This document shows, one piece after another, positions 15,688 through 23,570 of a stretch of 45,834 nt of DNA. The stretch covers positions 1 through 45,834 of the forward strand of contig JASFIG010000001.1 in the NCBI GenBank assembly GCA_050122795.1, written 5' to 3'. The stretch's first letter is position 1. The number at the start of each line of letters is the position of its first letter. Origin of the DNA: Desulfobacterales bacterium (lineage in GTDB: Bacteria; Desulfobacterota; Desulfobacteria; Desulfobacterales; JAHEIW01). Under the pieces are notes generated by a model that had not been told where the DNA came from, ran no database searches, and worked only from the letters and a program-made list of their open reading frames with translations. The position numbers and the translations under genes are program-made.

Positions 15688-16277
15688 TTTGCCTCTTGAC
15701 GAATCGAAGGTTGGCCAGAGAGGGCAATGGGCTGATCTTGAAAATGTGATTGACTGTGTCTAGTTGGCGTTTTGCGAAGATCAGCGCACCAATGACTAGT
15801 GCAAAAACTAGGCCTTATTATTTGCAATGCCGAAAGTTTTTACAGTTATATAACTGACGCGGGTTTACGGGGGTATAGTAAACATATGAAGTTAATTTTG
15901 CTCTTGGTAACGAGAAAAAAATTATAATTTTGTGCAATATCATGTGCAGGAAATAATACGCATGCTATTGAATTAATTATAAATAATATTATAATGAGTC
16001 AGTCGACCTTCATTGTTTACTATCGCATTTAAAGGATTGAAATAGATTCATTTACTAGTCATGATCTCAATTTGCCCGCACCCATTATAAAGGATATGGA
16101 AGTCGCCGAAAAAGAGCTTGTGGTTGAATCCACTTCAACATCCGCAAAATACGGTTGCCGTGTTTGTAAAATAAAGATACAATAATCCAAATTCAGATTC
16201 GGGCTGATCTCATCTTCATGATCGACAAACGCGATCATTTCTAAAGGTGAACTTCAACCTATGATGAGGAATCGCGC

Positions 16278-17336
16278 ATGACTTCTAAAAAAGAAAACCT
16301 GCTCACCAGGCTGGAAAAAGATGTTGTCCTCGTGGCCGAAGGCTACCTTTTTGAACTTGAAAGAAGAGGCTATCTCAAGGCCGGCCCATTTGTTCCTGAA
16401 GCGGTTTTGAAGTTTCCAGATGCGGTCCGGGAACTGCACCTTGAATTTTTAAGGATGGGCACGGATGTGGTTGTCGCTTTTACCTATTACGGCCACCGGT
16501 CAAAGATGAAAGCGGTCGGCCTGGAAGATCAGCTCGAGACGTTGAATGTCAGGGCTGTCGAGCTGGCTAAAAATGTGGCCGACGCAAACGGGTGCCTGAC
16601 GGCGGGAAACATTTGCAATACATGGGAATATGATACCCGCCAAATCGATCTGTCCGAACAAAAGGTCAAAAACATTTTCAGCGAACAGGTGCAGTGGGCC
16701 GTTTCCGGTGGAGTCGATTTTATTGTCGCTGAAACCTTCAGTCACCTGGGAGAAGCTTTGATTGCATTGGAGGTCATTAAACAGGCCGGACTTCCGGCGG
16801 TCATCACCTTTACGCCGGCCACCCCTCAAAGCTGCGATGGCTATGCCTGGGCGGATGCCTGTAAAATCCTCGAAGACAACGGCGCCGATGTGGTCGGATT
16901 AAACTGTGGCCGCGGCCCGCAAACGATGCTGCCGCTTTTGGCGGAAATCCGGCAAACGGTCAGCGGGCATGTGGCCGCCCTGCCGGTTCCCTACCGCACG
17001 GACAACCACAGCCCGAGCTTCTTTGACCTGCGCCTGTCGGACGGCAAAAACGCCTTCCCGGTGGCGCTGGACCCGTTTGTGCTGACGCGCTTTGAGATGG
17101 CTGATTTCACCGTACAGGCCCGCGATATGGGCATCAACTATATCGGCATCTGCTGCGGGGCCGGGCCGCACCACGTGCGTGCCATGGCCGAGGCTCTGGG
17201 CCGCGAGGTACCCGCCAGTGAGTATTCTCCGAATATGGATCTGCATCCCATTCTGGGCGATCAAAACGCCCAAAAAAAACAGTACCGCGAATGTATGCTG
17301 GGTCCACTGCACGATGAACCCGATGCTGATAAATAA
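16278..17336 (+). CDS. Homocysteine S-methyltransferase family protein (BHMT-like, Zn-dependent)
   Basis: 352 aa with a GAGGAA RBS. BHMT-like N-terminus (EGYLFELERRGYLKAGPFVPEAVL). Zn-ligand cysteines in GLNCGRGP and ICCGAGPHHV. Confidence 0.8.
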   Translation: MTSKKENLLTRLEKDVVLVAEGYLFELERRGYLKAGPFVPEAVLKFPDAVRELHLEFLRMGTDVVVAFTYYGHRSKMKAVGLEDQLETLNVRAVELAKNVADANGCLTAGNICNTWEYDTRQIDLSEQKVKNIFSEQVQWAVSGGVDFIVAETFSHLGEALIALEVIKQAGLPAVITFTPATPQSCDGYAWADACKILEDNGADVVGLNCGRGPQTMLPLLAEIRQTVSGHVAALPVPYRTDNHSPSFFDLRLSDGKNAFPVALDPFVLTRFEMADFTVQARDMGINYIGICCGAGPHHVRAMAEALGREVPASEYSPNMDLHPILGDQNAQKKQYRECMLGPLHDEPDADK

Positions 17337-17436
17337 AACATGCGGCATCGCAGTAAAGGGACAGGCGACAAACAGATTCATGTCAATTGGTGATCATGAA
17401 GAACCGGTGGATTCGAAGCGGATACAAATTTCTATA

Positions 17437-17672
17437 TTAGCTGATGAATAGTTCGGACAGCATTTTTTTCAACTCCGCAATATCGGTATCATCGGGATGG
17501 CCGACAGCTTTTGGGGCATCGTCAATCCACACAGGCGGTTCGGGTTTATTTTTCGCTTTTTCGAGCATTACCGGATTCACCTCGCCTTTGGATCCGTCAG
17601 GGCTTCATACACCGCTTGGGCCAATTTTTGCGTATTGCCGCTCTGGCTTGAATAAATGATCAATGATTTCAT
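17437..17672 (-). pseudogene. Flavodoxin-family gene remnant (frameshift plus loss of the central part)
   Basis: A strong RBS (GAGGAGATAAA-ATG) precedes MKSLIIYSSQSGNTQKLAQAVYEALTDPKAR, which then meets a stop. A shifted frame continues as EVNPVMLEKAKNKPEPPVWIDDAPKAVGHPDDTDIAELKKMLSELFIS. Together these give ~75 aa against ~140-170 aa for intact flavodoxins. Confidence 0.5.
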
Positions 17673-17681
17673 TTTATCTCC

Positions 17682-17969
17682 TCAATCAAACGCCATCTCT
17701 GTTTTCCATTCTTTCCAAACTGTTCCCACCAGATCCGGTCCGGGCTTCAGCGTTGCTTTTCCCGGACGCCAGCCCGACGGTGTTGCCTCCTTGCCCTTGC
17801 TTTCCCTGACCCATTGGAATGCCTGGACCTGACGTATGGTTTCATTAACATTCCGCCCGACAGGGGGCGTCAGCACTTCGTAGCCTTGTACGACCCCTTC
17901 CGGATCAATGATGAACCTTCCGCGCGCCTCTACACCGGCAAGATAAGGGTTCCAAACTCGTTTACGCAT
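17682..17969 (-). pseudogene. Peroxiredoxin (1-Cys/Prx6-like) C-terminal fragment, lacking the catalytic N-terminal half
   Basis: The 95 aa match only the C-terminal part of Prx (RGRFIIDPEGVVQ, VGRNVNETIRQVQAFQ, ATPSGWRPGKATLKP). There is no PxxxTxxC peroxidatic motif, and the upstream sequence carries stops and no Prx-like frame. Confidence 0.5.
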
Positions 17970-18160
17970 GGGTTCTCCAATATGGTTGTATTTTCAGCGA
18001 AGACTAAACCGCTATAAGAATATTGGCAACTTATCAGGATGGCTTGGATTTTTTTAGACGGGCTTTATTTCCCACCACCTGGTGGGGTTTTGGGATTCTA
18101 GCCTGTCAGATTGAACAAGAACCGTATGAATATATTTCAACGCCCTTGATAAGAAATATA

Positions 18161-18493
18161 TTAATGGTCACAGACGTTTGCGCCGGTCATCAGCGTGTTA
18201 TTCAGATAACTATTGACGAGTTCTTCAGGTGGTAGTGCGGGGGCTCCGGTGACAACCTTGATGCCCCTTTCATCGAAAAGGCCAACCGCCCTTTGCCCCA
18301 TTCCACCGGCGATAATAACATCGGCTCCCAATTCGTGGAGCCATCTTGGCAGGATACCGGGCTCATGAGGCGGGGGTACGAATATTTGTTTATTAGCAAT
18401 TTCATTGTCAACAACTTCGATGAGTGCAAACTCCTGGCAGTGTCCAAAATGTGCGGTTAGTTTTCCATTTGCTAATGGTATGGCAAATTTCAT
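18161..18493 (-). CDS. NifX/NifB-like (dinitrogenase FeMo-cofactor-binding fold) family protein
   Basis: 110 aa. Family pattern MKFAIP..G.L..HFGHC..F.L.EV plus GADVIIAGGMGQRAVGLFDERGIKV. AGGAGG RBS. Confidence 0.8.
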   Translation of the reverse strand: MKFAIPLANGKLTAHFGHCQEFALIEVVDNEIANKQIFVPPPHEPGILPRWLHELGADVIIAGGMGQRAVGLFDERGIKVVTGAPALPPEELVNSYLNNTLMTGANVCDH

Positions 18494-18668
18494 GTTTACA
18501 TTCCTCCTGTTTTATCAGTTAACTTCAAGCCATCTCAAAAATAGTAGATTACGCTCAAGAACAAGGCAGAAGTCGACGCAAAAGCGCAGCATACGTGCAG
18601 TATGTGAGCATTTTAAGGAGGCTTCTAACGCAGTTATTGAGTGTCAGATGCATTTTTGAGATAGCTTG

Positions 18669-19535
18669 TTATAAATTTAGGGATTTTGATAAAGTATTCC
18701 AGATTCTTTTGACTGCCTCGCCAGCGCTTGAGTTACCGTTATATTGAAAAATTGTTTTGCCTTGTACCATGGCTTTTGTGAAAACCGGATCAAATGGAAT
18801 CCTTCCCAAGCAGGACAGGCCTTCATCTCGTGCAAAATTTTCAATATCACGGGTTAGGTCCGGATTGAGGTCAAATCTGTTGATGCACACCATAGCCGGC
18901 ACCTTAAAATGATTTGCCAGTTGCACAACCCGTTCCATATCGTGAATGCCTGAAAGCGTGGGTTCTGTCACAATAAGTACAGCGCTGGCACCACCAATGG
19001 AGGCAATTACCGGACACCCGACGCCGGGAGGACCGTCTGTCAGTATAAGACCAAGATGCTTTTCATCTGCCAGTCTTTTGGACTCTTGGCGCACGAGCGT
19101 TACCAGCTTACCGGAATTTTCCTCAGCAATTCCAAGCCTGGCATGAACCATGGGACCGAATCGGGTTTCTGAATAAAACCAATGACCGCACCTATTTTCA
19201 GGGAAATCGATCGCCTTTTCCGGACAAAAATAGACACATACGCCGCAACCCTCGCAGTCGATGGGATTGACTTTAAAATCATCACTGATTGCGCTAAACT
19301 TGCAAAGATCTACGCACCGTCCGCATTCTGTACATTTGTCTTTGTTAATATCGGCCGTGTGACCGGATTTAAATTCGGCACGCATGCATATATACGGGTC
19401 CATAATCAGGTGAAGATCTGCAGCGTCCACATCTGCGTCGCAAAGAACTTTGCTTTCAGCTAATGATGCAAATGATGCAATTAGACTGGTTTTTCCTGTA
19501 CCGCCTTTACCACTGATGACAATCAATTCTTTCAT
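18669..19535 (-). CDS. MinD/ParA-superfamily P-loop ATPase with an inserted 2x[4Fe-4S] ferredoxin domain
   Basis: 288 aa. Deviant Walker A SGKGGTGKTS. CTECGRCVDLCKFSAI and CEGCGVCVYFCPEKAI. Conserved DGPPGVGCPVIAS. Confidence 0.85.
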   Translation of the reverse strand: MKELIVISGKGGTGKTSLIASFASLAESKVLCDADVDAADLHLIMDPYICMRAEFKSGHTADINKDKCTECGRCVDLCKFSAISDDFKVNPIDCEGCGVCVYFCPEKAIDFPENRCGHWFYSETRFGPMVHARLGIAEENSGKLVTLVRQESKRLADEKHLGLILTDGPPGVGCPVIASIGGASAVLIVTEPTLSGIHDMERVVQLANHFKVPAMVCINRFDLNPDLTRDIENFARDEGLSCLGRIPFDPVFTKAMVQGKTIFQYNGNSSAGEAVKRIWNTLSKSLNL

Positions 19536-19551
19536 GTTTGGTGTATCGTTT

Positions 19552-20412
19552 TTAGCATTTGGTGTTTATTGTTTGATGGCTGGAAAGATGCCTAATTTTT
19601 TCATAGAGCGCTAAGAATCTCTCCTTCCATTCCGGCATGACGTCAACCAGCATCTCTCCCCTTGAATAGGCTTCCGCAATCTGCCGATCAAACGGAATTT
19701 CCATAAGAATAGGCAGGCTCTCTCGAAGGGCATATTCTCTTGCTTTGTCATCTCCCAGATCAGACCTGTTGATGATCAACCCCAACGGAATATTAAGTAT
19801 TTGAGCTGCACCCACCGCCAGTTTCAGGTCATATAAACCAAAAGGCGTTGGCTCGGTAACCAGCAGCACAAAGTCGGTATCTTTCATGGATGCAATCACC
19901 GGGCATGAGGTCCCTGGAGGGGCGTCGATGATGGTGAATTTACCAGGATTCTGGTAGGCGCGCACTTTTTTGATCAGCGGCGGCGACATGGCTTCACCAA
20001 CCCGTAATCGGCCATGAATAAACTCGATACCGTTGCTGTGACCCTTTTGAATGACGCCGAGCTCCCGACCACCTTGAATAATCGCCCCTTCAGGACAGAC
20101 CTCCCAGCACCCGCCGCAGCTATGGCAGAGTTCTTCAAATATCAGTACATTTTCATTCAGGACTGCAATGGCCTTAAACTGGCAGATTTCTGCACATTTT
20201 CCACAATAGGTGCACTTGTCTTCATCGACTTCAGGCACCGGCATCGAAACCGTCTCCGAACCCGCAAATGACGGATTGATAAATAGATGTGCGTTGGGTT
20301 CTTCCACATCACAGTCCAGCAGCTGGACATTGGAGCCTATCGATCGGGCCAAATTGGTTGCCACTGTCGTTTTTCCGGTCCCGCCTTTTCCACTGGCAAT
20401 GCTAATGATCAT
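19552..20412 (-). CDS. MinD/ParA-superfamily P-loop ATPase with an inserted 2x[4Fe-4S] ferredoxin domain (paralog of 18669-19535)
   Basis: 286 aa. SGKGGTGKTT. CTYCGKCAEICQFKAI and CHSCGGCWEVCPEGAI. DAPPGTSCPVIAS. Confidence 0.85.
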   Translation of the reverse strand: MIISIASGKGGTGKTTVATNLARSIGSNVQLLDCDVEEPNAHLFINPSFAGSETVSMPVPEVDEDKCTYCGKCAEICQFKAIAVLNENVLIFEELCHSCGGCWEVCPEGAIIQGGRELGVIQKGHSNGIEFIHGRLRVGEAMSPPLIKKVRAYQNPGKFTIIDAPPGTSCPVIASMKDTDFVLLVTEPTPFGLYDLKLAVGAAQILNIPLGLIINRSDLGDDKAREYALRESLPILMEIPFDRQIAEAYSRGEMLVDVMPEWKERFLALYEKIRHLSSHQTINTKC

Positions 20413-20413
20413 T

Positions 20414-21001
20414 TCATAATTTCTCCAAATTATTAATGCGCGTTAGGATACTCTTCATCTGTTGGTTTAATCTTTCGGCCTGCTCTTTGAGGTTTTCCAA
20501 TTCCTGATTTCCGGACGTACTATTTTCTTCTTTATCTTTGACGCTTCGATTTCCGGACGTATTGAAACTTCTACCCATGCCCCCACGGCCTCCCATTCCG
20601 CGTCGAACCCCAGAGCCACGTCCTATCCCGGTTCCTGCTCCCATGCCAAAATGGCTGTCAACTGTTGGTTTATTACTGGGTTTGAGATTGCCGGTGGCAT
20701 ATTTTTTCAAAACGTCTCTTATGGTTCCCTGTTCTCCTGTAAACAGCTCAATTCCGGCTGCCAAAAGCGTATCCACCGCATTTGGGCCACAATTACCGGT
20801 TATGACAACCTCAACCCCTTTGGAGGCCAGAAATTGGGAGGCTTGAATGCCGGCACCACCTCCCATAGCAGCACTTTCGTTTGGGTAAACTTCAAACCGC
20901 ATATCGTCAGAATCAACCACTAAATAATATGCACAACGGCCAAATCGAGGATCGAGCTGGGAATCCATAGTATTTCCGGTGGAGCTAACAGCAATTTTCA
21001 T
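20414..21001 (-). CDS. NifX/NifB-like domain fused to a Gly/Arg-rich, coiled-coil (DUF5320-like) tail
   Basis: 195 aa. N-terminus MKIAVSS...LDPRFGRCAYYLVVD...GVEVVITGNCGPNA. C-terminus GMGAGTGIGRGSGVRRGMGGRGGMGR...LENLKEQAERLNQQMKSILTRINNLEKL. Confidence 0.8.
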   Translation of the reverse strand: MKIAVSSTGNTMDSQLDPRFGRCAYYLVVDSDDMRFEVYPNESAAMGGGAGIQASQFLASKGVEVVITGNCGPNAVDTLLAAGIELFTGEQGTIRDVLKKYATGNLKPSNKPTVDSHFGMGAGTGIGRGSGVRRGMGGRGGMGRSFNTSGNRSVKDKEENSTSGNQELENLKEQAERLNQQMKSILTRINNLEKL

Positions 21002-21081
21002 TGTTTACTCTCCTTTAGCAACTTAAGGGTGTTCAATAAAAACTGAATTTTCGGCGGTGCAGATTATGGTTTTCTTCAATC

Positions 21082-21097
21082 TGCATGAAATATGCCA
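21082..21097 (-). promoter_or_regulatory. sigma54 (-24/-12) promoter for the NifX/MinD cluster
   Basis: The minus strand reads TGGCATATTTCATGCA. GG and GC have the canonical 10-nt spacing. It lies ~80 nt upstream of the ATG at 21001. Confidence 0.6.
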
Positions 21098-21185
21098 CCG
21101 GGTTTGAATTCAATAAGTAATGTCGAATCGAATACTTAGTTCAATTGAAGAATAAAAGCCAATTCGCCTCATTCATCAATCTTAG

Positions 21186-21221
21186 AAAAATTGCGAAATA
21201 TTATTTGAATATTTTCGAAAT
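21186..21221 (-). promoter_or_regulatory. Candidate enhancer (UAS) for the 21082 promoter
   Basis: The minus strand reads TTTCGAAAATATTCAAATAATATTTCGCAATTTTT. The outer CG cores are ~22 bp apart. The nearest core is ~98 bp from the -24 GG. Confidence 0.45.
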
Positions 21222-21413
21222 CCATCATTCACATGATTTAATCAAAACGTCTCAAGCCAATAGCCGGCATGTCAGATGGTATATTTCAATGATGGCATGT
21301 ATAGGAGAAATGAGAGCGATTTTCCAAAGTTAGACACATTATCATATTTGAGAATCCAAAATGGACCCTTTTATACACGGGTCCAAAGTCTGTGCAGAAA
21401 CCTATTATTTCCT

Positions 21414-21429
21414 TGGTATAGCTGTTGCA
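21414..21429 (+). promoter_or_regulatory. Weaker sigma54-like promoter candidate upstream of the 87-aa ORF
   Basis: TGGTATAGCTGTTGCA has correct GG/GC spacing and a canonical TTGCA -12 box, but T replaces C at position 4. It lies 144 nt upstream of ATG 21573. Confidence 0.35.
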
Positions 21430-21572
21430 ACCACCCAAATGTGGAAGCCAGTATGATTCCGAATTAGCGAAACACGGAGTCGAGAAAATGAAAATACCGA
21501 TCCCCAAAGAGGCAATAAAAAAAATTTTAGTAGAATTAAATCAGATTATCCGGAAATATAGGAGGTAGTGAT

Positions 21573-21836
21573 ATGTATGCATTAATTTATGACGAATTCG
21601 ATCCAGCAAAGCGCGAAAAGGAAGTCATTTCTGTCCACAAGACCAGAGAGACTGCCGAAAAGGCTTTGCAGAAACGGCAGCGTAAGCTGGGCAAAAGGGT
21701 CTGGCAATGCCACACCCGGATCGTGTGGATCTACGACCCGGTTCACAAAGGAGATATCGTTACACCCGACACATTCGATACATGGGCACCCGGTGAGACA
21801 ATTCCAGAAGGAGATCGAGTACCGGATGGGGACTAA
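21573..21836 (+). CDS. Hypothetical 87-aa protein
   Basis: AGGAGG RBS 7 nt upstream. I recognised no family. Confidence 0.5.
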   Translation: MYALIYDEFDPAKREKEVISVHKTRETAEKALQKRQRKLGKRVWQCHTRIVWIYDPVHKGDIVTPDTFDTWAPGETIPEGDRVPDGD

Positions 21837-21878
21837 AAGGGATTTTAGATGGGGGTGCTATTATGGGTTTCTGTTTTT

Positions 21879-23186
21879 CTAAGCGCCATAAACGGCCACA
21901 TCTTTTAGATCATCCTGCAGATATTCGCGTTCATTTTCACCGAGGATGCCTAAGGCCAAACAGATCAGGGTCCACAGGTGAATGACACCGTAGCCACCGC
22001 CGTAGTGCTCGCTAAGCTCATGAATCTGGGCATGGCAATTGTGACAGCCTGCGATGCAATAATCCGCTTTGGTGTTCTGAATTTGAACGTCCTTTAAGCG
22101 CCCAAATTCCAGCCGCTGTTTTTTGAGGCCGGATTGCAGGAATCCGCCGCCGCCACCGCAGCAGTAATTATTGGAGCGGTTGGGGGTCATATCGATGAAA
22201 TTTTCTTCCCCGACAACGGTTTTGACCACAAAGCGTAGATCTTCGGCAATGGGATCGCCGTAGCTTTTGCGTACGATCTGGCAGGGATCCTGAACCGTAA
22301 ACTTGATTTTTAGATCCTTGTTCCAATCCGAATTGACGTTCAGTTTACCTTCACGGATCCATTGCGCATAATATTCATAGATGTTTTTAACCTCGAATTT
22401 GTGGTCGATGTTGAATTTTTTCAGTCCTGCCAGGACTGAGAAGGTCACGTGACCTCACTCGGTATTTAAAAAAATCTGACAACCAAGGTCATCGGCCTGT
22501 TTGGCGGTGGTGCGCACAATGTGTTCCCAGGCGTCATTGTCAGCCAGAAACATGCAGTAATTTTCGCCGCCCCAGCCTTTGGACCCGTAAGTCCAGTCTG
22601 CTCCCGCCAGGTGCAAAATTTTCCACAGGGGCACCATCTCATCGGGTTCTGTCACGGGCTCTCTGGAATTCTGATTTAAAAAGAAATAGGCGCCTTTTTT
22701 GTCAATCGGTGCCTGCATGTCTTTAAAATCCGGCTGGGCTTCCTGGTATTCTTCTAAGACATCTTCGACCACAAAGGTGAAATCCTCCGGAGATGCCCCC
22801 ATGGCACTGCAGCTGTCATTTCTCAGAGCCATATCGCAGGAGCCCAAAATGCCTTTGGGTCTTTCATCTCGTGGCCTGCTGCCGCGCACATTGTAAATCA
22901 GCTGGGGAATATCGATTTTCATCGGACAGACATAGATGCAGCGCTGGCACATGGTGCACATCCAGGGCCAGTCCGATTTAAGAATTTCATCGTCCAGTCC
23001 CAGAGCGGCCATCCGCAAAAATTTACGCGGATCCATACCCGCCAGACCTGTCGCCGGGCACCCGGACGAGCAGGCCCCGCAGGTCAGGCATAGATTCAGA
23101 TTGCCGCCTTCTGGCAAAAGCTGCATGACCTCGTCCATGAAACGGCTTTTCTTTTTGCTGCCCAGTTTGACAACCTCATCAGACAT
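21879..23186 (-). CDS. Selenocysteine-containing Fe-S oxidoreductase (2x[4Fe-4S] plus CCG domains; HdrD/GlpC/DsrK-like), 435 aa with Sec at TGA 22455-22457
   Basis: ORFs 22455-23186 and 21879-22448 share one frame and are joined by a single TGA (...QIFLNTE-U-GHVTFSVLAGL...). N-terminus CLTCGACSSGCP and CTMCQRCIYVCP. C-terminal CCG domain DPCQIV, NYCCGGGGG, AGCHNCHAQI. A 7-bp hairpin lies 15 nt downstream of the TGA. Confidence 0.75.
22421..22439 (-). promoter_or_regulatory. Candidate SECIS hairpin for the Fe-S oxidoreductase UGA
   Basis: The minus strand reads UCAGUCC-UGGCA-GGACUGA (perfect 7-bp stem, 5-nt loop), starting 15 nt after the UGA. Confidence 0.45.
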
Positions 23187-23352
23187 TTGTGGCCTCCTTG
23201 GTTTGCTTTTTGTCGGTTCAACGAAATTGTACGATATACTCTCATGATTGAAAATAAAGCGGTACTGAAACCGCCTTAAAAAATTTTTGTGTGTGTTACA
23301 AATTGCTGCTTTTGAGGTGAAGATGGTACAGATTTTTCATTGATTATTTTAA

Positions 23353-23368
23353 AGCATGGAGTATGCCA
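23353..23368 (-). promoter_or_regulatory. sigma54 promoter for the Sec-containing Fe-S oxidoreductase gene
   Basis: The minus strand reads TGGCATACTCCATGCT. It lies ~165 nt upstream of the ATG at 23186. Confidence 0.6.
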
Positions 23369-23447
23369 TCGTGAGATTCTTGTGAAAAGCTGTTTAAAAT
23401 TAAATGATTACACTCTGTTTTGTCTTTAATTGGATTTGAAATGTATC

Positions 23448-23483
23448 AAAATTTCGAAATTTTTTTCGCAAAATTTCGAAATT
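23448..23483 (-). promoter_or_regulatory. Tripartite palindromic enhancer (UAS) for the 23353 promoter
   Basis: The minus strand reads TTCGAAATTTTGCGAAAAAAATTTCGAAATTTT. It contains a perfect 16-bp palindrome AAAATTTCGAAATTTT (23448-23463). The cores are ~11 bp apart. The nearest core is ~89 bp from the -24 GG. Confidence 0.55.
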
Positions 23484-23570
23484 ATTTGTTATGGTAGACT
23501 GAAATTTTAGTGTCAAAGCTAACTTCGTCGGCACTGTCCAACTTTAACGGCGTCTAAAAATACAAAAGTT

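Noticed and set aside
15765-15776. TGGCGTTTTGCG as a sigma54 promoter
   Set aside because: The GG-to-GC spacing is 4 nt too short for a -24/-12 element.
17444-17659. 71-aa plus-strand ORF
   Set aside because: It is antisense to the flavodoxin remnant, whose N-terminus (MKSLIIYSSQSGNTQKLA) and strong RBS are unmistakable on the minus strand.
17970-18160. Possible Sec-extended N-terminus for the peroxiredoxin fragment
   Set aside because: An in-frame TGA lies 8 codons upstream of the ATG, but a TAG follows 6 codons further up. No frame of this 190-nt stretch shows a Prx catalytic motif, so this is truncation and not UGA recoding.
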